DNA of 64,000 nt from assembly GCA_043801965.1 (NCBI GenBank), contig JAZDLN010000024.1, positions 6,670 to 70,669 of the forward strand. The letters run 5' to 3'. Shown here one piece after another: positions 30,201 through 35,172 of the stretch. Below the pieces are notes generated by a model. The model had not been told where the DNA came from. It did no database searches and worked only from the letters and a program-made list of their open reading frames with translations. Source of the stretch: Candidatus Falkowbacteria bacterium (GTDB lineage Bacteria > Patescibacteriota > Patescibacteriia > Patescibacteriales > UBA12075). The first letter of the stretch is position 1. Every line of letters starts with the position of its first letter. A program made the translations under genes and the position numbers.

Positions 30201-32672
30201 CACCTGGTCGTCGGACGCGATCTGCCACTGCCTAATCTCGGTAAAATCCGTCAATTCCTCATGCGCGCCAATTTCGTCCTCTGTCCAAAAACGTCCCAAT
30301 GCCTTAGCCGGACCCAAGAGATAAAATTCCGGCGAAATATTCGGCGCGTCAAAAGTGTAAGACAAAATATATTCTCGGTCTTTTTCCCAATTAACTCTCC
30401 AGATTATCTCCTGTTCGTCATTGCCGGCCGGATCGGTTTGTCGCCGTGTCATGGATTTCACGACCGCGCCGTCCCGTTTCTGCTCGACCACCTTAAAGCC
30501 GGGAGGTAAAACCTCAATAAAATTACCGCGAAAATCCACCCGGGGCCTTATTTTGAATTTCATCTCGTAATCGGCCCAGGGATAAATACGGGTCGGGCCG
30601 GTCCGCTCGATATCGAAAGGCACGGCTTCGGCCGCACGCACTTCAAAAACGTCCGTAATCTCGTACTCGCCGTTAGAGGTCTGCGCCTTCAGGGTCATTT
30701 TATACTCGCCTTCTTTGCCGGTATCATAAAAACCGAAATAATCCGGGGAATCGATTACGTTATTGGGGCCGCATTCCGGATTTTCCACTATAAGACCGTT
30801 GGTATTGCTTAAATAAACCGTTTCGCCGTCCGGATCGGTTAAGGCGAGTTCTAAATAATCAGCATGGCAGATAGTGTTACCGGTCTCGTCCAGGACCGCC
30901 ATCTGCAGATAAGCGGTCTCGCCCGGAGCGTAAATCGACTTATCGACGTTCAAGGCGAGTACCCCCCAGGTAAACTCCTCCGTATAATCAATATCCGTGC
31001 CCTGGGTCAGGGTTTCACTGCCGATCTTAATCTTTAGACGGTATTTCCCGGGCCGGAACCGCCGTCCGGTTTCCGGCAGGGAGAGTTCGAACTCGCCGTT
31101 GCCTTGATACCTGACGCCGAACCGCATATCTTCCAGCCTCTCCCCGGCTGGGCCGTAAACTTCGGTCTTAATTTCTATACCCTCGTATTCATCCCGGAAT
31201 ACGCTCATAAGTCCGGCTCCCAAACCCTCAAGAGTGCTTCGTTTTTTCTTAAAACGCAATTTCAGCTGCGGCTGTTCGCTGTTTTTAAAATCTTTTTTAT
31301 CGTCAAGAGAGGTTAGTTCAAAATCGGCACTGTAATCGATTACCGGCTCGTCCGATTCTTCTTCCATTATTTCTTCGGTCGTGGTCGCCTCTTCCTCTAT
31401 AAATTCAGACTCTTCCTCTTCCGCGCCCTCCTGCCTATCCGGCAGGCAGGCCTGTCCGATCTCAAGCCAGAGCGCGTCCAAGTAAATCTCAAGCTGTTTG
31501 CCGGCGCGCATCCCGGGCGCGTCCGTATTAATATAATTTACGCGTATTGCCAAATCCTTGATCTCGTCCCAGCCGACCGTCGCGGGCAAAGGGAAAGCGA
31601 AATAGCCGTTATTAAGGGAATTGGCTATGTCCGTCAGCGTATTGATTTCCCCTAAAAGCCGCCAGCCGTTGCCGGTCCGGTATTCTAAGCGGATATAATC
31701 GTCCGCAAAATCGCTCCGCGCGGCCAAAGACACGCGCAGATTCAAGTCTTTTATTTCATTATCCCGGTATTCGGCCGGCACGAAAAAGTCCGAGAAAACC
31801 AGGCTTTGCTTGATCAAATCCGACCCGACCGCGAAATTATTGTCGTCCGCGGGGGGCACTGAACCTGATTCTTCGTCCTCCGGTTCCGGATTAATAAAGC
31901 TATTCAGGTTTTCCTGCGCAAGAACCAACTTTGACCGAAAAAAGTCCAGATAAACAGCCAAAGATCTGATTTTATCCCATATTCGCCCCGTTTCTCCGCC
32001 GCTTCCGCTATCCGTTGCCGCCGACGCGCTTTCCGGCGCGGGCGCCAGGGATGCTTCCGGAGCAGATTCTGCGGCCGGAGTGTCCGCACTCTCCGGGGCC
32101 GACGTCGTTTCCGGATTATCAGCCGAAGTGGAATTACCACTCTCTTCGTTACCGCCCGAAACTTCGCCCGTTCCGTCCGGCGCATTATCCGGATCTACAA
32201 TCTCTACTATACCATCAGTTCCAACAGAATTGTCGTCATCCGTAATTAATTCGTCGGTATCGATCGTATCCATATTATCGTTATTATCTGATTCATCAGC
32301 CGGAATTTCTTCGGCGGTCGGTTCGTCGTTGTCATTTTTACCCGCCGAAGCCTCGGCGGAGGCGGGCGTAATTTCTTCAAAGGTCCGTAATGATATATAG
32401 GCCGAATTTTCAATATTAAACTCCCCGAATTGCGCGTTAGCGCCCAAGTCTTGAACAAAGGTATTTTCCGGATTCTGCCAGACGAATTCACTCGCCCCCC
32501 CTTCTACGGTAAAATTTCCCGGATAAATATTGATCTCGTTCGCGACCGCCTGCACAAAAATAAAACGGCCTTGGGTATAGCCGAAGACCGCCAATAAGAA
32601 CAATATCAACAAGCCTAATTTAACGAATAAATTAGAAAAATATCCTTTGATTTTTTGCATGGGGAAAGGCAT
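15291..32672 (-). CDS. giant (5,793 aa) N-terminally anchored surface protein
   Basis: Single uninterrupted ORF. N-terminal signal-anchor (LFVKLGLLILFLLAVFGY) and an acidic low-complexity region. Two glycine-rich domains, two DUF2341-like + LamG-like modules, five Fn3 modules (four preceded by the GYKWQxxACDD Cys motif). The C-terminal ~520 aa are paralogous to the 8367 gene. An alternative start is ATG 32660. Confidence 0.9.
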   Translation of the reverse strand: MPFPMQKIKGYFSNLFVKLGLLILFLLAVFGYTQGRFIFVQAVANEINIYPGNFTVEGGASEFVWQNPENTFVQDLGANAQFGEFNIENSAYISLRTFEEITPASAEASAGKNDNDEPTAEEIPADESDNNDNMDTIDTDELITDDDNSVGTDGIVEIVDPDNAPDGTGEVSGGNEESGNSTSADNPETTSAPESADTPAAESAPEASLAPAPESASAATDSGSGGETGRIWDKIRSLAVYLDFFRSKLVLAQENLNSFINPEPEDEESGSVPPADDNNFAVGSDLIKQSLVFSDFFVPAEYRDNEIKDLNLRVSLAARSDFADDYIRLEYRTGNGWRLLGEINTLTDIANSLNNGYFAFPLPATVGWDEIKDLAIRVNYINTDAPGMRAGKQLEIYLDALWLEIGQACLPDRQEGAEEEESEFIEEEATTTEEIMEEESDEPVIDYSADFELTSLDDKKDFKNSEQPQLKLRFKKKRSTLEGLGAGLMSVFRDEYEGIEIKTEVYGPAGERLEDMRFGVRYQGNGEFELSLPETGRRFRPGKYRLKIKIGSETLTQGTDIDYTEEFTWGVLALNVDKSIYAPGETAYLQMAVLDETGNTICHADYLELALTDPDGETVYLSNTNGLIVENPECGPNNVIDSPDYFGFYDTGKEGEYKMTLKAQTSNGEYEITDVFEVRAAEAVPFDIERTGPTRIYPWADYEMKFKIRPRVDFRGNFIEVLPPGFKVVEQKRDGAVVKSMTRRQTDPAGNDEQEIIWRVNWEKDREYILSYTFDAPNISPEFYLLGPAKALGRFWTEDEIGAHEELTDFTEIRQWQIASDDQVIFTSSDTFDVPAGVTSITAKVWGAGGGGGGCDNDPADGGNGGGGGFITGTITVTPGETLNIDVGTGGSGGTGGSNQGGDGGGGGGYSAVRRGVSYLFVAGAGAGGGGGDDNTAMPGGDGGVGGGVIGGTGGNAGDARGGAGGTQTSGGARGNCDYVGQNGSFLTGGNGYDDGGGGTNGGVPGGGRGGDNQSVGSDSGGGGGGGAGYYGGGSGCSDQTTDGAGGGGGGSSWAVATAWATSTYSGSGRTTGSSTDPDYAGNAGQGGTGGANNNDPGVAGNPGRVVIIYTIPTEMTVSATGTQVSTIDINSEDNYVGGAFVLNNTATGTLTVNDITITENGTVDANTSLENIRLYYDIDSSDPYDCGSESYDGDELQFGATSTNFSDTNGTADFSGTVNLSASTSMCVYAVLDVNSNANKDETLEIEISDPSTEVVLSSGTVEPATSIELPDTTTIYVPDTIVTADEQRMSDNSTLISNQGWTNENQVNLSALAEALSISTTTKYDYYFELLTESGTYTTSTAKPGTACVSGDAYGGCSSKIWTASASTTSWYNTDWVYRKMITINASQVETTETAFVVLATTTDADLADTGNGGHVASSTGGDIMIIDTDGVTPLDYEREYYDNTTGELVLWIETSLSSTTDKIIYIYYGNSTLVADQQNRTGTWDSNYVMIQHMNENPATSILYDSTSNNNNATDYGNPQLVTGQIGRAVDFDGTGDYAIVPDGTGSSLDSATGPGQPRTWSYWLNISVGSANKLVTDKSPSFYGYHLWSELQTGPNQYRGGVASPEISSTFNPGTGEWHYVTFVYNGAQASLYVDGTLNVGPSNQTARADDNNSLNIMGYGNNQYCAIGILDELRVMNVYRDAGWIKTEYNNQSDVSGFLGFAGEESMIDPQYEGVANITAIPDRGSSTDSSLGYKWQALACDDSGLCSFWDEFNSTLPNFKVDTAAPDAPGNLTMSATTTTSITVEFHDQASDINFSYYKIFYKAGISGVDTDDTEHEDTDLGFIDYNSTTNTTITGLIPETQYVINIWAYDLAGNKTAATEIAVWTPPAPHARARSVEFAAGNYSSSNGLSGGLTNTDLTFSAFNFELAETSAEIKNAYIIFEAQYEAYHLNSGNYTGYNLAFDVCDEPCTADAFSGTGRVLADDNTILSYDEGSSNRIRLLMDVTDEAQLAAYAGDGADLEAQVGYRLETNTATNSISVASARLIVTYSFDGDASTNLTNTVIYPLESKTSGDRGTLRALTGDDCVKSPAGSSNCPLFDYNMDIPELGTKLSQWFQVYGMNDLHGVNDLSISVNIEGTNVDSATYIHEASLGGEQGNLGRISFTGVLGYAENTAQILEYYSTSPGAATTSLIGGEVAETYTAAQSAGTKIRTVSFPIGVLTNGQSTGEASGTAEVYFPENGTGGGIVDVKKAWFRIVSNNYLSGANTVAIATEVGDNSQSTDSVYNYNAGDQVIKPSFNIIHVIPDTDYSELETANATTPKAVTLYTTNSSANQGGVSAELMITYAYTGEDSGYLSSLNLFGGQIAVNPATSSVLASTSASVFTELRGTKTVRAGALLAAYAFSAGDTTMPSTWFTLDANISTGTPVCTNAFYNHDDAVNSFTEYYRSITSALSAVNDAAYTACFSNTNGSDATAGAKTNASWLYTYQWDAPPSNLTQSDWRWYLNADAVAPGAAKAAEKTAISNINLGDILRIRMNIGITSEDLAALNKIFKLQYGEGSDCTAIAEPDWIDADSVAGSGAWRGYNNPNPIDGTAISAVLLSSSDIGGTYEEANNSAGNPNAIAVGEYGEWDWVIYNNAASSTADYCFRMVGSDGSVFYDYLSDSYPKLTTAASNTAPVSPTTLAQYRSNGTTAISNNTWINENTVQVRAAATDVNMSERIALYFEIASSSAGTFTTATSSPGSWCFPGTSWSACPSHIWAATSSLGDYRTTPFTATATIAGLPESAEGYKWQVLACDDGGACSSVWTKYNLTIPNFKVDTVAPSPPGKLTFASSTPTMIALTFGASTTEDNFYRYRIYYREGIAGVTETDSQHTDNNTLLYKNYNNIGTTTVINLSAGTDYVFNIWAYDLAGNKATCTQETVASTSMSSNPPTGYFSFGGTTARTDGSGTVDITIQVDDPDNDNHVRAKIMYKATAVCNAAQFLSGYLDPTIDDDHDNITATYGDPYVDNDYPYQIGTTTGWIITSGASDNFVLFDWLSMTDLAGFEGAYCLGLVTNDGTYDQVATHTVAIDIDNKVPDTPGDLMVESKHYDSVDLRFGDPSADTNFTEYKIFYKEGMAGVTESDMVFDKDDDPNLDWANYGTAATTTISGLNPNTDYVFNIWAYDSYGNKAVAVTEVTVKTNAAPTNISADGQYLDDGVTPITNNSWIDENNVKLKASAHDQDAADLVTFYYQIISATGTYLSALTPPANPCAYGTDYLNCQSLVWAVATTTSVLPADWYDSNWLYRKKITINASEVVADASGFAVLAATVDSDLAAKARSDGYDIIFTDSGGTTTLPYERENYDSNTGELVAWIKTNISSTTDTELYMYYGNSGSTADPATTTGVWDSSYRGVWHLPENVVDESTSIGAHKDSCSYANDGDQYGNNELSALIYRGQDFDGINDYLFIPDDNSLDLADALTMSFWMNGEITYPPAASTSVYTSAGSGTFTVPAGVTSITVKSWGGGGGGGGGADGGGTQTRNTGGAGAGGGFVLSTLSVIPGETLDILVGGGGTGGSYIADASSGGGGGGRSGVNRGAMPLVVAAGGGGGGAGANRVYTSGAPGGPGGGVSGLDGSDSTSADAGDGGTQTAGGAGGTGTNNGTAGSSLTGGAGADGLSGQGADGGGAAGGANGGGAGGLGSVTNSYAGAGGGGAGYYGGGGGGESGAAYSAGAGGGGGSSFATSTASATSTEAGSNRNAGNNDDEDYSGTAGQGGLGGDYLSAGSNGNPGRVVIEFTPAVTIAGKGSNAFQINYNTDSKLSAQINSQAVSATLTSGWHYVTLSYDRLAGGTAELKLYIDGVVAATADYSTAINTNASPIRIGEIFNGTIDELTLSSVARSSAFIQTTYNNQYDVDSFLSFGSEGTVQSFHESVLVVTISDNPDYSSGYKWQVMACDDDSDCTAWAPFNATTPNFKIDTTDPSPPGQLIEASKNSNSVTLNFGAATDEDNFTEYRIFYSTSSPVMEIDDEHNDTDLDNKYYNSTTDTTVSGLNSNTTYYFNIWAYDIMGHKASSTVTMVETEESLSTPGAIFYTKNDRAIYYQVWTGTGWGIEQSSGNLTGASDNIRHIKTLRSDDGGKVGILFRTWDGTNQEWWGTVYRFGADNFVDAERLGAVQTDGTNNQLINGCLGSLSGSEFFAVRSTSTTGALAFSWNPADGWTDEGIIPGTTGSGKMGVMNGCELIRRPDTDNYLLITFDDDADVGSMYYYGGAAYDNSAGAWTAWTENASDETDTDNYVGQAYFDPSSNTRGAIYYSNSVTNNYAYAKYFTCNDSSINYLTAEPSPATSPADWGNDFVHGEFAVNPGSTGIAYFAGRDTGGELNVYKVNASTPTIAWTASTNGDNISAGSLYSETNDAQKPFAIEFYKSGKGVVAGAAASAAARPYYSVINATTNVLSATSSIEGATLDQWVRLRFYKDPNGDEFLAVAQNDNVDYTTVFWDSGTEHFYNSGAQAWSARSAAAAVFDRDDECASYAYAKYNSGPNQPANLYQATSTYPMANQTWAASSTIKFTAGATDYDTSEVVTLYLQLIPTNDTFTTSTDESTFNACAGTVNWDNCNSKIWTIGTSGAGDYSYTPYTATATINSIASSTTGYKWQVIACDDENECSTWKAYNATIPNFYVDTEAPSAPGALNPTAKTSYSVTLTFGAATDEPLVSFSRYRIFYATSTPVAETHTEWIDTDLNFRNYNGTANTVVTGLSSSTLYYFNIWAYDRAGNKASSSIVSTTTNAVANIVQTSFLLENDDGANVNSNTAEVAASTTLSGLHLGERLNVRLQIENSGGDSAGNRVYKLQFEDYSHATGTWIDVGAATAISHNFGLSGANNDDVISSKAAFHIPTFKIGKWHENTNLTAAYTLGVAEFTELVFVVDTSHAATGTTYRLRLYNNTDGTTLSGYDNYPVFSTVGSETKRYSKGFYASPPLTTANLTYFLDPEGYDDVLTDDANRDSATSTAQYPVILFATKHTNATDAASSTWNGQSSVAPSGSNVVLQVFRFGSTNAWVTVDTETGAGANTDFTLEGTVNSSLSDYYAAGNWIYWRVYQSSGSESLRTDHYSANFAPPIPNTEQIHYRWRKDDGTETTATWLEAEDTGSATLGPQIGKGSTTRLRLAVVNIGGGAANYAYRLEYASSTDGCATPPSYWAAVPITAGGEDFEMATSSYFDDDDNTTATTSNPEGYTFVDGRMVEDSSNTSAVISLPENRYTEIEYMIAVTDNASDAGTYCFRVTNSGAELDAYDIYPIVTLSGNTNNAPVFTLGPSDNGSASTAPTVYGDPVNFTATATDADGNNYYLAVCQTAAASAGLDGAPTCPGGQWCISGAAASGAGASCSTTTLTSVEDNNWFAYACDKVPGFGLAKCSVMSQGGATASGSPFTINHPPVFTAATTTDNFKNPGGTFTVTAYATDTDVSGGADTLSLYVCTSNSASFSGCTDGTYCSEAASTSPNASCSFATTTPAPAGNWGYYAFVYDSHGLAAAANSHTNTYTVNNAAPTIGSFFLNDGDDIGLNLKDDADTIVSTIGGSIQDLNGCTDLDSVIGTIYMSEEENTCDDDPSNCYQIPYNTGATTTCTIACDPTDLTRASTTCTAAFKYFAVPTDDVYESNPWKDYNWISYILLNDGVNLAASTSGGVELGTNLALNIVEDTIDFGTWAAGQNTGMNNSTTTVENAGNSPIDVEVYGTTMFSSPPAGYDISVTQIKFNNINFNYVFETNTLDTVANPKPIELFAPRATSTAGSADDVYWGIGIPFLAVPANYFGENTFTVWIDEDDWN
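21010..22880 (-). other. DUF2341-like + LamG-like module 2, with glycine-rich domain 2 (21375-22262) inserted inside the LamG fold
   Basis: WYDSNWLYRKKITINASEV...LPYERENYDSNTGELVAWIKTNI...LYMYYGN. Then DFDGINDYLFIPDDNSLDLADALTMSFWMN. Then FTVPAGVTSITVKSWGGGGGG...GNPGRVVIEF. Then the rest of the LamG: SGWHYVTLSYDRLAGGTAELKLYIDGV...GTIDELTLSSVARSSAFIQTTYNNQYD. Confidence 0.6.
27560..28565 (-). other. DUF2341-like + LamG-like module 1 of the giant protein
   Basis: WYNTDWVYRKMITINASQV...LDYEREYYDNTTGELVLWIETSL...IYIYYGN (DUF2341 pattern). Followed by DFDGTGDYAIVPDG...GEWHYVTFVYNGAQASLYVDG...LDELRVMNVYRDAGWIKTEYNNQSD (LamG/concanavalin-like pattern). Confidence 0.65.
29345..30195 (-). other. glycine-rich domain 1 of the giant protein
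   Basis: TFDVPAGVTSITAKVWGAGGGGGG...(poly-G/GGxGG tracts)...GNPGRVVIIY. From memory this matches the Gly_rich (PF12810-like) pattern. Confidence 0.6.
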
Positions 32673-32746
32673 GGGGAATGCTCTTGACTTGTTTGATTAT
32701 TTAAATGTTTTTAGAATATTTTTGATGTTTAAATTCGTTTTTGTTG

Positions 32747-32842
32747 AAAATCCCAAATAACAAATTCCAAATTTCAAATAAATTTCAAATTCAAAATTCT
32801 AAATCTCAAACTAATACTCAAATCTAAAATTTTAAACTAAAA
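32747..32842. repeat. left inverted arm (CCAAAT/CAAAT words) flanking four-helix-bundle gene 2
   Basis: aaaatcccaaataacaaattccaaatttcaaataaatttcaaattcaaaattctaaatc... The block aaatcccaaat(a)acaaat pairs with atttgt(a)atttgggattt at 33239-33256. The block caaataaatttcaaa pairs with tttgaatttatttg at 33222-33235. Confidence 0.7.
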
Positions 32843-33196
32843 TTATTTGCACTTGTCCAGAATTGCGCTTAATATTTTCTTTAACTCTTGAGCCTCCTGG
32901 ATTAAAACTTCGTTTTCTTTAAAAAATCTATCATCATTATTAGCGGCGATTATTTTCAACCAATATTCAGTTTCCTTCGCTTCCTTACGCGCTATTTTCA
33001 CACGATGCTGAAAATCTTTTCTGCTTAACGCCTCATTGGCCTCAATATAATTAGCGCCGACTGAACCGCTGGACCGGACAACCTGTTTTCCGTCTTCTAT
33101 ATTACTGATGGATTTCGGCAATTTCTTTAAAAACATTCTGACTTTAATGGCAAATTCCCTGGTTCTATCTTCTAAATCATATTTTTTCTCAAACAT
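32843..33196 (-). CDS. four-helix-bundle protein (23S rRNA IVS protein / Avd-like family), second divergent copy
   Basis: 117 aa. DLEDRTREFAIKVRMFLKKLPKSISNIEDGKQVVRSSGSVGANYIEANEALSRKDFQHRVKIARKEAKETEYWLKII is the typical family pattern. Confidence 0.8.
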   Translation of the reverse strand: MFEKKYDLEDRTREFAIKVRMFLKKLPKSISNIEDGKQVVRSSGSVGANYIEANEALSRKDFQHRVKIARKEAKETEYWLKIIAANNDDRFFKENEVLIQEAQELKKILSAILDKCK

Positions 33197-33199
33197 TTG

Positions 33200-33262
33200 T
33201 TTTGAATTTTGGATTTAATATTTTGAATTTATTTGTTATTTGTAATTTGGGATTTGGAATTT
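33200..33262. repeat. right inverted arm (ATTTGG/GGAATTT words) flanking four-helix-bundle gene 2
   Basis: ttttgaattttggatttaatattttgaatttatttgttatttgtaatttgggatttggaattt. The related word gaatttggaatttca recurs at 33808-33822, upstream of the pilin gene. Confidence 0.7.
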
Positions 33263-33765
33263 CACCGGGTTACCATAATCTCCGGCACCGCCTCGTTACT
33301 ACCCAGCTCTTCACTGCAAACACCAACCGTAATCGTGTCATTTTCATTTTTTATCAAATAATAACGGGTCTCATTGTAATCTGCGTCGGGATCATTAGGA
33401 TCTATTGGAATCTCCTGTAAATAATCCGCGGATAAATAGCTATCAAGGTCAACACAATCATCCTCCAAATCAACCGTTGGATAAAGACAGGTGTCACCAC
33501 AATTACCGGCATCATCTTCACCAATTTGATAGACTAACCGTTCGGTTAAATCTAAAATTGCGTCATCATAAACACCCTGATTGTCGATTTGTTGAAGCTT
33601 GATTGCCTCAGCAATAATTTTTACATCATTCCACCGCTGGGCATTGCGCGAATCCTGAAAACGCGCCAAAGGATTTAAGGCCACAAAGGCCAAGGCCGAC
33701 AGGGCCGCGATAATAGCGATGACGATTAAGAGTTCAATAAGAGTGAAGCCTTTTATTTTTTTCAT
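33262..33765 (-). CDS. type IV pilin-like protein (prepilin N-terminal methylation motif)
   Basis: 167 aa. MKKIKG|FTLIELLIVIAIIAALSALAFVALNP, with G at -1 and E at +5. Paralogue of 42242-42748. Confidence 0.85.
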   Translation of the reverse strand: MKKIKGFTLIELLIVIAIIAALSALAFVALNPLARFQDSRNAQRWNDVKIIAEAIKLQQIDNQGVYDDAILDLTERLVYQIGEDDAGNCGDTCLYPTVDLEDDCVDLDSYLSADYLQEIPIDPNDPDADYNETRYYLIKNENDTITVGVCSEELGSNEAVPEIMVTR

Positions 33766-34098
33766 AATGGATTTTTAAAATTTATAAAGAATTTGGTGCT
33801 TGGAATTTGGAATTTCATAATAAAAAACGACCTTAAAGCTAACTTAAAAAGCCGTTTGAAAAATAAAAATATTCAAAATTTTTTGCACGGGGAAATGCAT
33901 GAGTAAATTAAAATTTGAAACTAATATTTTACCTTAATATAAGCTATATAAATACGTAAAATACCACACCTGTTTTTGGTGTGGATAAACTGGGTTTATC
34001 ATGTTTATTATAACATTTTTAGGGGGATAAATTCAAGGGGATAAGATTATAAACTTTTGACGATTAAAAAAGTTTCTAGTATAACAAGAACTGTAAAA

Positions 34099-34126
34099 TT
34101 GACAACATTTCTTAATATGGTATAAT
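34099..34126 (+). promoter_or_regulatory. putative sigma70-type promoter of the Fic gene
   Basis: TTGACA (34099-34104), 16 nt, then TGgTATAAT (-10 at 34121-34126). Lies 37 nt upstream of ATG 34163. Confidence 0.6.
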
Positions 34127-34153
34127 GTAAATAATTAGTTAAACCATATTAAG
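34111..34153. promoter_or_regulatory. perfect 11-bp inverted repeat spanning the -10 box and 5' UTR of the Fic gene (candidate operator or leader hairpin)
   Basis: CTTAATATGGT (34111-34121), 21 nt, then ACCATATTAAG (34143-34153). Confidence 0.5.
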
Positions 34154-34162
34154 CAATTTATT

Positions 34163-35110
34163 ATGACCTACCTATCGTCAATCATAAAAACCCGCATAAA
34201 AGAAAAACTCGCCAAGCTCAACAAACTCCGCCCTCTGCCGAAATCCGCGGTGCAAAAATTACGGGAAAAATTTCAGATAGAAATGACCTATAACTCAAAC
34301 GCGATTGAAGGCAATTCCCTGACCCTAAAAGAAACCTTTTTGGTTATCAATGAAGGGATAACTGTAAAAGGAAAGCCCCTAAAAGACCATCTGGAGGCGA
34401 AAGATCACCACGCCGCGCTGGACTACTTGTACGACCTTGTAGATAATAATAAAAAACATACTGTTTCCGAGATATTGATACGGAATTTGCACCAAATCAT
34501 CATCCGGGAAACTGATAAAGAGTGGGCCGGGAGATATAGAAATGCCAACGTCATTATCGGCGGCGCTGAACACACGCCGCCGGACGCACTCGTTGTGCCG
34601 CAAAAAATGCAAGAACTGATAAGCTGGTTAAGTTCACAAAAAAATAAAGCGAATATCGTTGAACTGGCCGCCCTATTGCATCACAAATTAGTGCACATCC
34701 ACCCGTTTTTTGACGGCAACGGCAGAACTGCGCGCCTGACGATGAACCTATTACTCATGCAAGCCGGTTATCCCCTTGTCATTATCCTAAAAAACGACCG
34801 CAAAAAATACTATGACACACTCTCAAGGGCGGACAACGGCAAATATGAACCTCTGATAAAATTCATCGCCCAACTAACGGAACGCTCGCTTGATATCTAT
34901 TTAAAAACCCTTACGCCCGCGGCTGAAAAAGGGGAGAAATTTATGCTACTCTCGGAAATATCCAAGACCATCCCCTTTTCCGCGAAATACCTGAACCTGC
35001 TCGCGCGACAGGGAAAACTGGAAGCACACAAAGAAGGCCGCGATTGGCTGACATCAAAAAAAGCGGTCGAACGATACCTGAAAAACAGACTGCGGAAGAG
35101 GAAAAAATAA
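34163..35110 (+). CDS. Fic family protein (class II, N-terminal inhibitory motif) fused to a C-terminal excisionase-type HTH
   Basis: 315 aa. Fic motif HPFFDGNGRTARL. Inhibitory (S/T)xxxE(G/N) motif in TYNSNAIEGN. C-terminal MLLSEISKTIPFSAKYLNLLARQGKLEAHKEGRDWLTSKKAVERYL resembles an HTH_17/excisionase domain. Confidence 0.9.
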   Translation: MTYLSSIIKTRIKEKLAKLNKLRPLPKSAVQKLREKFQIEMTYNSNAIEGNSLTLKETFLVINEGITVKGKPLKDHLEAKDHHAALDYLYDLVDNNKKHTVSEILIRNLHQIIIRETDKEWAGRYRNANVIIGGAEHTPPDALVVPQKMQELISWLSSQKNKANIVELAALLHHKLVHIHPFFDGNGRTARLTMNLLLMQAGYPLVIILKNDRKKYYDTLSRADNGKYEPLIKFIAQLTERSLDIYLKTLTPAAEKGEKFMLLSEISKTIPFSAKYLNLLARQGKLEAHKEGRDWLTSKKAVERYLKNRLRKRKK

Positions 35111-35122
35111 ATTTCAACGACA

Positions 35123-35159
35123 GAAGCCGAGCTTCCAATAGGAAGCTCGGCTTCTTTTT
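35123..35159 (+). terminator. rho-independent terminator of the Fic gene
   Basis: GAAGCCGAGCTTCC-aata-GGAAGCTCGGCTTC followed by TTTTT. Perfect 14-bp stem. Confidence 0.88.
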
Positions 35160-35172
35160 GAGGGCAACCAGG

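Noticed and set aside
16161-32491. Dozens of 60-250-aa ORFs on both strands inside the giant gene (e.g. 19254..20012, 252 aa; 21410..22035; 29504..29707).
   Set aside because: They are Arg/Pro/Gly/Ala-rich translations of alternative frames of GC-rich, GGN-rich coding sequence. They are fully nested in a coherent 17-kb ORF and have no motifs.
13132-33196. Diversity-generating retroelement. The four-helix-bundle genes are Avd-like and sit next to surface-protein genes.
   Set aside because: No reverse-transcriptase-like ORF (no YxDD-type motif) in any frame of the window. By eye I could not find a template/variable repeat pair differing at adenines near either gene. The family is also common outside DGRs.
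8208-33988. Chromosomal replication origin, suggested by TTATCCACA boxes.
   Set aside because: The boxes are isolated, kilobases apart, and not clustered next to an AT-rich unwinding element. No dnaA/dnaN is nearby.
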